A DNA stretch of 64,000 bases from Desulfomonilia bacterium (GTDB lineage Bacteria; Desulfobacterota; Desulfomonilia; UBA1062). Positions 50,348 through 59,359 of the stretch are shown one piece after another. A program made the translations under genes and the position numbers. The stretch lies in the NCBI GenBank assembly GCA_963664325.2, contig CAXXDQ010000006.1:102815-166814 (forward strand). The letters are read 5' to 3'. The notes under the pieces are model-generated. The model worked only from the letters and a program-made list of their open reading frames with translations, did not search any database and was not told where the DNA came from. Position 1 is the stretch's first letter, and every line of letters starts with the position of its first letter.

Positions 50348-51115
50348 TTACCAGCCGCCGGAGGCGCCGCCTCCGCCAAAGCCGCCTCCGCCGCCGCTGA
50401 AACCGCCTCCGAATCCTCCGCTGCCTCCGAAGCCCCCGCCGCCGATCCATATGCCTCCGGTACGCCTGCCGAATGAGCGCCGTCCGAAAGGTGAAAGAAA
50501 CCTGCTGAGAATGAAGAAGGCCGCAAAAAGGAGAATAAAAGCGGAAAAACCGGTTTTATTCCTGCCTCTTGAACGGCTGACGGGATTCACAGGCGCAGCA
50601 CCTTCAACCTCGGTTCCATAGGCCTTGGCGACGGTTCCTATTATGGCGTTTGAGGCATCGTTGATCCCGCCGGAAAAGTCACCGCGTTTGAATTTAGGCA
50701 CCATATACTGCCTGCCGATTGTCCCTGCAAGGCTGTCCGGCATTACTGATTCAAGGCCGTACCCGACCTCGATGCGGTATTTCCTGTCATCTACCGCAAT
50801 AACAAAGAGGATTCCGTTGTCTTTCCCTTTCTGGCCTATGCCCCATTTCTGTGCGCGCTCGATAGAGTATTCTTCAATAGGGACCCCCTCGGTCGAAGGC
50901 ACGGTAAGTACGACCATTTGTATCCCGGTTTTCTGATCAAGCAGTTTCAGTCTGGAAGAAAGCCCGGCCTTTGTAGAGGGGTCAATTATGCCAGCCCTGT
51001 CTTCAACATAGTCCGACGGCGGACCTTCAAGGGCAAAGAGCGGAACAACAGCTGCGATAAGCAGCAGAAGACCGGCAGCAGGCAAAATAAAGGCTGGGTT
51101 ACACCCGGATTTCAT
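50348..51115 (-). CDS. TPM domain protein
   Basis: WGIGQKGKDNG, RIEVGYGLE, Gly-rich GGGFGGGGASGGW end. Confidence 0.92.
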   Translation of the reverse strand: MKSGCNPAFILPAAGLLLLIAAVVPLFALEGPPSDYVEDRAGIIDPSTKAGLSSRLKLLDQKTGIQMVVLTVPSTEGVPIEEYSIERAQKWGIGQKGKDNGILFVIAVDDRKYRIEVGYGLESVMPDSLAGTIGRQYMVPKFKRGDFSGGINDASNAIIGTVAKAYGTEVEGAAPVNPVSRSRGRNKTGFSAFILLFAAFFILSRFLSPFGRRSFGRRTGGIWIGGGGFGGSGGFGGGFSGGGGGFGGGGASGGW

Positions 51116-51875
51116 CTACCAACAATGACAGCTGATGCGTCAGGTCATAGAGCTTTTTAAACAGTTCGCGCAATTCTTCCGGTTTGAGCGCTGTCTTTTT
51201 CTGTGATCGCAGGTCGTGAATCTGCTTCAGACAATCGAGTTTCACCCTCAGTTGCGATTCGATGGCATTCAGCACGGATGACCTTTCAACCGGCGCAATG
51301 CTACCTGTCATGAACAGGATCGATCTGAGTATCGGATAAAAACCCGATGATGAATGTATTATCAGATTGAGCAGAAACTCCTTATCGCCCGAGGCCGATA
51401 TATACCCCCTGCTTAGCTGGACAAGTTTTGCTTTCAACTCCCTTTCGCATTGAAGCCTGAGCATGGGTTTTTCAATATCGATGCGCGAGAAAATTTCAGT
51501 TCCGTAAATTGTCTTGTGGATGAGCTTTATTTCAAGGAATTCTATCGGAAAGACATCTACAGAACGGCCCAGATATTCATTTGTGATCACAAGAGGGGCG
51601 CGCACCTTTTTCTTTCCGAATTTTTTCCCGAACCCGGCAAGAGAATCGAGGAAATCCTGGCCCAGTTTTTCCATCACAATAACCGTATTAATGTCCGAGA
51701 TGCCTGGTATATAGTCCTGGGTAAGAATGCTTCCGGCTAGGACAACCGATTCAAGGTCATTTCCGCCGATTCTGATTATGTCATCCGCAAATTCCCTGAT
51801 GACGGGCAGCGCATTGGCAGGGAGGCCGTCAAGATTCATCATTGTTTTATCATTCATGGCATCGGAATTTATCAC
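51099..51875 (-). CDS. nucleotidyltransferase-fold protein (lemA/TPM-associated)
   Basis: GS...Y..G.SDIN; DVFPIEFLEI; LRLQCEREL. Confidence 0.7.
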   Translation of the reverse strand: MINSDAMNDKTMMNLDGLPANALPVIREFADDIIRIGGNDLESVVLAGSILTQDYIPGISDINTVIVMEKLGQDFLDSLAGFGKKFGKKKVRAPLVITNEYLGRSVDVFPIEFLEIKLIHKTIYGTEIFSRIDIEKPMLRLQCERELKAKLVQLSRGYISASGDKEFLLNLIIHSSSGFYPILRSILFMTGSIAPVERSSVLNAIESQLRVKLDCLKQIHDLRSQKKTALKPEELRELFKKLYDLTHQLSLLVDEIRV

Positions 51876-51963
51876 GAGAAGTATATCTTATCCAGAGTAA
51901 AACATTCTCAGGCTTTACCATTCAATACTTGACACCTGAAAAATATGTCTTCAAAGAGTAATC

Positions 51964-53217
51964 ATGGTCATTGGAAAAGGATTGGCGGATGCTTTTCTGA
52001 CGAATGAAGATATTGAGGAAATTTTTCAGCAGGCCTTCGTCAAATGGGACATGACTGGGCAAAAGGTGCTTGTTATTGTCCCGGATTCGACCCGGACCCT
52101 GCCGATGCCTCTTATCTTCAGGCTTATTCATGACAGGCTTGCTTCAAAGGCAAAATCGATAGATTATCTGATTGCATCCGGCACTTCCGCACCCGTGACT
52201 TTGGAGGATATATACAAAAACTTCGGCGTTACGCCGAGGCAGCTTGCAGGAATTTATAAGGATGTAAACATATTTACACACCGGTGGAACCTTCCAGAGA
52301 ATTATGCAACACTTGGGACGATAAGCGGGGAGGAGACTGACGGCCTGACGTCAGGTATGCTGAATACCGAAATTCCAGTGAGGTTCAACCGAAGGGTGCT
52401 CAATTATGATATGATCATTGTCCTGGAGCCAGTCGCCCCCCATGAACTGGCGGGATTTTCAGGCGGCAACAAACTCTTCGTTTCCGGCATAGGGAGCCCG
52501 GAGGTCATGAATTTTACAAGCTGGCTCGGGGCGCTGCATTTAAGACGTGACATTACAGGCAGGACGCACACATCGGTCAGGTCGATAATCGACTTGGCGG
52601 CCTCATTCATTCCTGCTTCTAAACTTTATATCTGTCCCGTGGCCAGGGAACATGGAGTAAACGGGCTTTTCATCGGCGAGCACAACGATGCGTGGGAAAA
52701 GGCGGCCGAACTCTCAGCCCGGGTGCACATCGTATATTCGGAAACAAGGTATTCAAGGGTTGTTGCAGTTCTGCCCGAAAGCTGTCCGGATCTCTGGGCC
52801 GGTGTAAAAGGTCTGCAGATGGTTGAGCAGATCGTAAAGGATGACGGAGAGGTGATAATCTATGCCCCGCATATAAAGGGACTTTCCTCGGTTCATGGCA
52901 TGCTCCTGGAACAGATAGGTTATCACGTAAGGGATTATTTTTTAAAAAGGTGGGATAATTACAAAGGCTATCCCCTGATGGTTCTGGCGCATTCAACACT
53001 CATGAAACCCGACGGGAGATATGAAGAGGGTAAAGAACATCCGCGCATAGCGGCCACACTTGCAACAGGGATAAGCCCTCATGCCTGCAGAAAGATAAAT
53101 GTAAGCTATTCAGACCCTTCCGGGATAAATCCGGATAATTTAAAGCCAGGACAAAACGGGGATCTGTTAATTATTCCAAACGCAGGAGAGATTTTATACT
53201 CTGTAAGGGATAAGTAG
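51964..53217 (+). CDS. LarA (lactate racemase) superfamily protein with degenerate active site
   Basis: VPDSTRT, PHELAGFSGGNK; conserved His positions read GTS and FTSW. Confidence 0.8.
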   Translation: MVIGKGLADAFLTNEDIEEIFQQAFVKWDMTGQKVLVIVPDSTRTLPMPLIFRLIHDRLASKAKSIDYLIASGTSAPVTLEDIYKNFGVTPRQLAGIYKDVNIFTHRWNLPENYATLGTISGEETDGLTSGMLNTEIPVRFNRRVLNYDMIIVLEPVAPHELAGFSGGNKLFVSGIGSPEVMNFTSWLGALHLRRDITGRTHTSVRSIIDLAASFIPASKLYICPVAREHGVNGLFIGEHNDAWEKAAELSARVHIVYSETRYSRVVAVLPESCPDLWAGVKGLQMVEQIVKDDGEVIIYAPHIKGLSSVHGMLLEQIGYHVRDYFLKRWDNYKGYPLMVLAHSTLMKPDGRYEEGKEHPRIAATLATGISPHACRKINVSYSDPSGINPDNLKPGQNGDLLIIPNAGEILYSVRDK

Positions 53218-53252
53218 AAAGAAGCAGGGTTGGAGGACAACCCTGCTTCTTT
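53218..53252. terminator. bidirectional intrinsic terminator
   Basis: AAAGAAGCAGGGTTG-GAGGA-CAACCCTGCTTCTTT between convergent genes. Confidence 0.85.
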
Positions 53253-53266
53253 ATTATTTTATTCCG

Positions 53267-56200
53267 CTACCTTTTTCTTAAAGCCGCTACAGGCAGAGCC
53301 ATCAGCGTCATCAGTGCGATAAGCATCATGCCGAGGATGTTTCCTGAGCCGGCTGTATCAATGAAGCAGCCGCCGCCACCGCCTCCTCCACCGCCGCTCG
53401 CATCAGTCGGAGTATCCGTAGTTCCGCCGCTGCCCGGGGTGTCTGCGGGCGGAGTTCCGGTTACGGCGACAAACGGGGACAGGGAACTTACCGAAGCGCT
53501 TATCGTCCTGTTAACGGTGTCGATTTTTTTGTTTGTTTCTTCAAGACGCCATACGCCGCCGACAAAGTGAAGTATGTTGAGGCTGGAGGTGGAGGTGCCT
53601 TCGTCATACTGGATTGTGACGGTCACCGTTTTACCGCTTGCAACCTGGTCTGCGCCCAGATCGAAATCGTATTCCTTTGATGCTGTCGTCGCCCAGGCAG
53701 GCAGTGCCGCATTTGTTTCCGGCGCAATCAGGTGGCCTTTGGCGTTCATTCTTATGCCTGCAGCTTCAGAATCAACAGCCGCCTCGGCGTCAGTCTTGTT
53801 GACGTCAACCACTGTCTGGCCGTCACTGTTCTGGTCATCTATTGCACCCGGCTCGGCATAAAGGCTGCTTGCATCGCCGCCGCCCATGAAGACCGAACCG
53901 CCTGTGAATGAATTGACCATGCCCTGGTTTGAACTGATAACGCTCAGGTCAAGCGTCCAGGTCTGCTGAGCGAGCGTGGAAGATACTCCGTAATGCGCTG
54001 CAATGGTGAACGACACAAGGCTTTCTCCTGCTGCCTGGGTGTAGGTGAAGGAGAGCATGGATTTGTCATTGCTCAGCATTGCATTGCTGATGGTTCCTGC
54101 ACCGTTTGTGCTGATTATGCCTGACGCGGATTCATCCATCAGCCTGTTCGTGCTGAATATCATGACATTGACAGTCGTACCGGATTTTCCTGCCGTCAGC
54201 ATGAATGTCGGTGTGCTTTCCTGCATTACCGCATTGAATGAGATGGCCTCATCTGCTGATGAAGGTGTTACACCGGGAGACTGGACATAAATCTGTCCCG
54301 GACCTTTGTCGCCCGGTGATACTAGGGCCACCCTGTACTCGACTCCGGTCTTGAGCCCCTCGATTGAATAAGCGCTTATCTCGTTCGTAGCCGGGTCGGT
54401 TGTGAATTTTCCGAATACCAGTTCCTGGGTTATCGGGTCCATTGCAACCGGTATATCGAGATCATTTGTCGTCGGGAATGATCCATCAGGTTTTGTTACG
54501 GTACCGCTGACCGTTGCGCCATTTTCAAGTGCTATGTCGAGTGTTGTCCCACCTGCGGCGATTTCAAGATCGTTGTTTACATAGGTCGTGCAGCCCGTAC
54601 TTAAAACCATGACGCGGTATTTTCCGGGAACGATATGGCCCACGCGGAAAGTAGTGGTGATTCCTGCCGACGGTGCACTCATGGCCTGTATGCCGCCCAT
54701 CGGGTCACTGTAGGGAACACCCTTTTTCTGGAGCAGGATAAAGGCTGAGGGCATGCTCATTTCACCCATCTTGAAAGGCGGCGCGAAACTCTTCCCGACA
54801 GGAATTGTTATTGTACCGCTGAAGGATGCGTTCGTTGCCGTAAGTGTAAAGTTGGCATTCGCTGTTCCCGGGGCTATGTTATAAAGGGTTTCCTCGCCGT
54901 AACCGCAAGGCTGTCTCGAAAAGTCCCATGATTCGGGCCTGAGGGCTGCATTTACTTCGTAATAATCAACATCCGGGTCAATGCCTGAGATGCTGTAATA
55001 ACCGTCCGGACCGCTTTTTGCCTCTTGAGCCGACCTGGAGAACTTGCTGTCCATAGGCTCGGCAGATACAGGGATGTTGGCGAGCGGATTGCCTGATGCA
55101 TCTTTAAGATACCCGGCTATTGTTGCGCCCTGCTTCATCTTGATTGTTCCGATGTCTATTGTATTCTGGGCCGTGACGTCTTCATCGGTTATCTTTATGC
55201 CGTATTTCGAAACACTGGCATAATTAAGCGTTGATCTGCTGTTTATCTTGTAAGTTACGCTCAGCAGGTATGTACCGGCCGGCAGGTTGGTCAGAGAGAA
55301 TTTCTTTGTAGTCTCACTAAACGCTGATGAATCCCATTCGCTTGACTTGTATGAGCCGTCAACCCACGGCACGGCTTCACAGGTCACAAGTGCGCTTGAC
55401 GTAATGGGAGAACCGGAAGCTGAATCAACGATCTTGCCTGATATCGATGCGCCCTTGGCAAGGGTCATCGTCGTTGCAACATCGGCATTGCCTATCGTAA
55501 TTGATTTTGCGTTCATGACGTATTCCTGTGAGAAGAACCTGACCGTGTAATTACCAGATTTCAAATGCTCATAGGTTACCGTCGCCGAAGCGGCTCCTTC
55601 ATCGAGTTCCTCCATGTGCTGGCCACCCATGCCGCCGCCCATGCTGCCGCAGATAAACTGGTACGTGTAGTCATCACCCATCGGATTCTCGCCCTTGAAC
55701 AGCTGGAGTCCGCCCAGGAATCTTGCGCAGGGGCTGCCTCCGCATTCATTGGGTTCAACACCGGCAGGGAAGTTGACAGTGACGGTGGCGCTGTAGCCGG
55801 ATTCGACTGAGAGGTTAACACTGGAATTGCCATCGACAACTTTTATTATCCTGTCACAGGCGAATTCAGCATCCATGCTTGCAAGGGTTATAACATAAGT
55901 GCCGCTGCCCAGCTTGAGGCTGAAGCTGCCGTCTATAATCGGCATCGACTTGACATTGCCGCCGGATATGCCTTCTTTACCGTCCATCATTGCGAAGCTG
56001 ATCGGTATTGCGACCGCTATTGTTTTCGAGCCTGTAAGAAGTCCTTCCGGATCATCAACGGTGCCAGTAACGGTATATGGTGTTTCGAGGTCAATATTCG
56101 TAATTGTCGACTGGCCGTTAACGACAAAGACCATCCTTGAGAACAGGGCCACATTGCCTGTTGGCAAATCCATTCCCGAATAGGTACCTATTTCATCAGC

Positions 56201-58357
56201 CACAATCATGTATTCACCTGTGCTGAGGTTGCCTATTGAGAACGAACCGTCTGCATCCGGACTAACAGCGGAAATGCCGGAAACATCCCCCCACATCGGC
56301 GTGGCATTGATCTTGATTTTGGTATAATCGACACCAACCGGCCAGGTGACTGTACCTGTAACGATTCCGGAATAGGGCGTCATGGTAATATCGACATCGG
56401 TCGTGCCTGCATGTATCCATGTTTCCCATGGTTTGCCGCCGTTGACTGTTGTTTCCGTATTATCAAGCCATGACCACAACTGGTAGTCCCTTTCATCAAG
56501 GCCGGCCAGATGGAAGGCCGCCGATGTGGCGCCCGCAGCTATCATGACGCTCTGGCCATGCCAGGCAGCGTCGTTCGGGGAATTTGCATTGATATTCAAA
56601 TACCTGATCTGGTCCGATGCCGAAACATTGATGGTTCCTGAAATAGAAAGCCCTGCGTCCAGTGTTATCGGCTCCATTATTATGTCAAGGACTGAAACCA
56701 GGATGTCGTTTTCAACGGACTGCTTGTATCCATCGGCGTTAATGTAACAGGTGTAATTACCCGGCGCGATTGCTGGAACGAAGAAACTGCCTGACGAATC
56801 CCCTTCCTGCACATTGCCCCATCCCCATGCTTCAACCGACGGATTGGAGGTTTCCTGGAGACGCACATTGATGTTTGTATAGCTTGCCGAAGGGCCTGGC
56901 AGAAGGACTGTTCCGGAGAGCGACAATGCCTTTGTGAGTTCAACTGTCAGGGCTGTATCCGGTGTTCCATCGTCGTTTGAATCTACATCGGCAAGGGTAA
57001 ATGAGGTGTTTCCGGTATAAGACATTCTTATTTCACGCTGAAGGAGAGGGTCCCAGGTTACAAATTCAGCCGTTATCCTGCCGCTCCATATCTTGTTCGG
57101 CTCGAGACTTTCCATGTTGAGTATGATTGAGCCGTGGTCTTCACCTGAAGAAATTTGGGCATTGCCCTGTGCCCATCCGGGTCCCTGGGTATTATGCGCC
57201 TCTGCGCGCATACCAAGTTTCATATCGGGAGGTGTTCCTGCCGGCGGTTCAAAGGCTGAAGGCAGGATGGCATTTATCTGGACTGTAATCGCCGGCTGCA
57301 TGTCCATATTTTTTGTTCCGGACTCGCCGTTTGCCAAAGTGACATTTGAATTCGGTCCCGGATTGTAGAAATATCCGTTTTTCTCGGCGTTGACATTGTA
57401 CGTGCCGTCTTTTAATCCTGAAATTACATATTGCCCCTGGGCATTTGTCGTTGCCTCTCCCCATGCATTGGGGCCGCCTGCATTCACCCTGACGCCCGCG
57501 ACAGGCGAACTGTTGCATGTAACGATACCAGATATCGTCTGTGTTAAAACAGATACGCTGATATCATTGTTTACAAGTGTCCCGCTCGCGAACTGATTAT
57601 TGAGCTTGTCTTCGATTATCCAGACCTTGTATGTGCCGTTGGGAAGAACCCTCCCCTGTGAGTCACGGCCTTCAAAGTTCATGTTAACGGGAGGCTGCCC
57701 CTGGTTTATCCAGGTTCTGAACGTCCAGTCCTTCCCGGACATCCCCTGCTGGCTCCAGTCCGTAATAATGTCTGCTGTTTCGTTATTGTTTGTATCTACG
57801 ACTATTGCGTATTCATGCCCGCCGGCGCCTGTGAAGGAAAACTGCAGGAAGTCATTCTGCCCGTCGTTATTGGGAGTTATTGTTACAGGGAAGGAGGTGT
57901 ATTCAGTTCCGCCCATCAGGATTTTTACGTTTGATATTCCGCTCGGTGACTGCTGACCGGCATTGACCGTCACTGTCAGGAAGGTTCCGAAAACCTGAGG
58001 GGCTGTCATCGGGTCTTCAACTATGAAAACCTTGTAAATTCCAGTGGGAACGCCTCCGCCGGACCATGGAACAGTGGTCGCAGAGCTGACCGAGGTAAAG
58101 GTCTGACCTGATATCAGCATGTCACCCTGATCCGCTCCATTGTTGAGATTTTGATCGACAACAACTCCGAATGTAGTGCCCGGATCGCTGATAACGTAGA
58201 TTTGAATGGGAGTTCCATTCTGTGCCACAGAAGCATCCAGAGTGCCAGGTGAGCCTACATAGACATTGGTAACCGCTGCAAATAAACCGGCTGATCCCAG
58301 CAGTAAGAAAACCACCACCAGAAGTACTGATTTGGAAATCAACTTTTGTGCCTTCAT
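53267..58357 (-). CDS. large surface protein (1696 aa): FlgD-like and carboxypeptidase-regulatory-like Ig domains, G9-CFI + TM + RKR tail
   Basis: Signal peptide; ITPNNDGQND...EGRDSQGRVLPNGTY; repeated ISG.V / GxY.V motifs; SVSSLSPF; C-terminal sorting signal. Confidence 0.85.
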   Translation of the reverse strand: MKAQKLISKSVLLVVVFLLLGSAGLFAAVTNVYVGSPGTLDASVAQNGTPIQIYVISDPGTTFGVVVDQNLNNGADQGDMLISGQTFTSVSSATTVPWSGGGVPTGIYKVFIVEDPMTAPQVFGTFLTVTVNAGQQSPSGISNVKILMGGTEYTSFPVTITPNNDGQNDFLQFSFTGAGGHEYAIVVDTNNNETADIITDWSQQGMSGKDWTFRTWINQGQPPVNMNFEGRDSQGRVLPNGTYKVWIIEDKLNNQFASGTLVNNDISVSVLTQTISGIVTCNSSPVAGVRVNAGGPNAWGEATTNAQGQYVISGLKDGTYNVNAEKNGYFYNPGPNSNVTLANGESGTKNMDMQPAITVQINAILPSAFEPPAGTPPDMKLGMRAEAHNTQGPGWAQGNAQISSGEDHGSIILNMESLEPNKIWSGRITAEFVTWDPLLQREIRMSYTGNTSFTLADVDSNDDGTPDTALTVELTKALSLSGTVLLPGPSASYTNINVRLQETSNPSVEAWGWGNVQEGDSSGSFFVPAIAPGNYTCYINADGYKQSVENDILVSVLDIIMEPITLDAGLSISGTINVSASDQIRYLNINANSPNDAAWHGQSVMIAAGATSAAFHLAGLDERDYQLWSWLDNTETTVNGGKPWETWIHAGTTDVDITMTPYSGIVTGTVTWPVGVDYTKIKINATPMWGDVSGISAVSPDADGSFSIGNLSTGEYMIVADEIGTYSGMDLPTGNVALFSRMVFVVNGQSTITNIDLETPYTVTGTVDDPEGLLTGSKTIAVAIPISFAMMDGKEGISGGNVKSMPIIDGSFSLKLGSGTYVITLASMDAEFACDRIIKVVDGNSSVNLSVESGYSATVTVNFPAGVEPNECGGSPCARFLGGLQLFKGENPMGDDYTYQFICGSMGGGMGGQHMEELDEGAASATVTYEHLKSGNYTVRFFSQEYVMNAKSITIGNADVATTMTLAKGASISGKIVDSASGSPITSSALVTCEAVPWVDGSYKSSEWDSSAFSETTKKFSLTNLPAGTYLLSVTYKINSRSTLNYASVSKYGIKITDEDVTAQNTIDIGTIKMKQGATIAGYLKDASGNPLANIPVSAEPMDSKFSRSAQEAKSGPDGYYSISGIDPDVDYYEVNAALRPESWDFSRQPCGYGEETLYNIAPGTANANFTLTATNASFSGTITIPVGKSFAPPFKMGEMSMPSAFILLQKKGVPYSDPMGGIQAMSAPSAGITTTFRVGHIVPGKYRVMVLSTGCTTYVNNDLEIAAGGTTLDIALENGATVSGTVTKPDGSFPTTNDLDIPVAMDPITQELVFGKFTTDPATNEISAYSIEGLKTGVEYRVALVSPGDKGPGQIYVQSPGVTPSSADEAISFNAVMQESTPTFMLTAGKSGTTVNVMIFSTNRLMDESASGIISTNGAGTISNAMLSNDKSMLSFTYTQAAGESLVSFTIAAHYGVSSTLAQQTWTLDLSVISSNQGMVNSFTGGSVFMGGGDASSLYAEPGAIDDQNSDGQTVVDVNKTDAEAAVDSEAAGIRMNAKGHLIAPETNAALPAWATTASKEYDFDLGADQVASGKTVTVTIQYDEGTSTSSLNILHFVGGVWRLEETNKKIDTVNRTISASVSSLSPFVAVTGTPPADTPGSGGTTDTPTDASGGGGGGGGGCFIDTAGSGNILGMMLIALMTLMALPVAALRKR

Positions 58358-59076
58358 CGAACTCCTCCCTGCATAAATTTTTGCCTCGATACTATGGCCT
58401 GCTGCTGAAGCTGATAGAGCATGGCTGAATTGGCCATGGCCTTTTTTTCCGCTGTTTCTTTTGTCATGACTGGCGTGGACTGATTTATTGATGAATAGAA
58501 GCCTTGAGGAGGTGCCATTGCATATACTGCTTTAGACGGGTCTGGCCTGTAACCGGGAACCCTGAATCCCATGGCCGTCTCTTTATATGGCATTCCTGAA
58601 GCATTCAGTTTGCAGTCTTTATTATAATAGGACTGCATCCAGTCTTTTGGTGGGATTGTCTGATAATTTGTTTTTGCCATGCCATTTGATGTTTTGTGGT
58701 TTCCTGAAGATGATTTGACGATAGTCTGATTTTCAGATGACGGCAGGCTGTCGCGCGCCTTCTTTATTGTCGGAATCTTTACATATTCACGGACCCCGCT
58801 CTTGAATACCATTATCTTTACTACATTATCGCCTTCATAATAAATCGCATAACTGTAGCCCTTGACGTGCTTTTGCAGCATGTCCCTCGGTTCCAAACCG
58901 GTGGTGGTATCAGGGACATCGACAGCCTCTTCATTTTCAATGCCCTTTTCAATATAGATTTCTGCGTTGTATATGCCGGAAATGTCCGACAAGGCCTGCT
59001 TTACCGTCACGGCATGGGCCTGCAGGGTAACTGCAAAAAGAAAAGGGGATAAAAAAATAACTATTTTCGCGCGCAT
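58354..59076 (-). CDS. secreted hypothetical protein with an STN/secretin-N0-like domain
   Basis: Signal peptide; VTVKQALSDIS...EIYI...L...GYSYAIYY; overlaps the giant gene start by 4 nt. Confidence 0.6.
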   Translation of the reverse strand: MRAKIVIFLSPFLFAVTLQAHAVTVKQALSDISGIYNAEIYIEKGIENEEAVDVPDTTTGLEPRDMLQKHVKGYSYAIYYEGDNVVKIMVFKSGVREYVKIPTIKKARDSLPSSENQTIVKSSSGNHKTSNGMAKTNYQTIPPKDWMQSYYNKDCKLNASGMPYKETAMGFRVPGYRPDPSKAVYAMAPPQGFYSSINQSTPVMTKETAEKKAMANSAMLYQLQQQAIVSRQKFMQGGVR

Positions 59077-59238
59077 GTCTACCTAAATCGGCAGGATTTG
59101 AGATTTGATAACAGGCGAAATCAGAACAGACTGATCAATTCGGTCCAATTAAACACCAGCGCCTCAGAGGAACTTGCAAAAACCTTGATATATTTTTTCA
59201 GCGGGAATTAAGGTTATCTTCAAAAATTAACCCGGGGC

Positions 59239-59267
59239 TTGACCTGGAACAGGAAACAAAATAGAAT
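59239..59267 (+). promoter_or_regulatory. sigma70-type promoter
   Basis: TTGACC-N17-TAGAAT upstream of the GPI-PLD-like gene. Confidence 0.55.
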
Positions 59268-59359
59268 ACTGTATTATATCGGTGAACAGCTGTCAGAGCC
59301 GTTTGTCTGTCAGCAATCCACTTGTTGCTGTACGCTGACTTTTATCCGCGGGGGTATAT

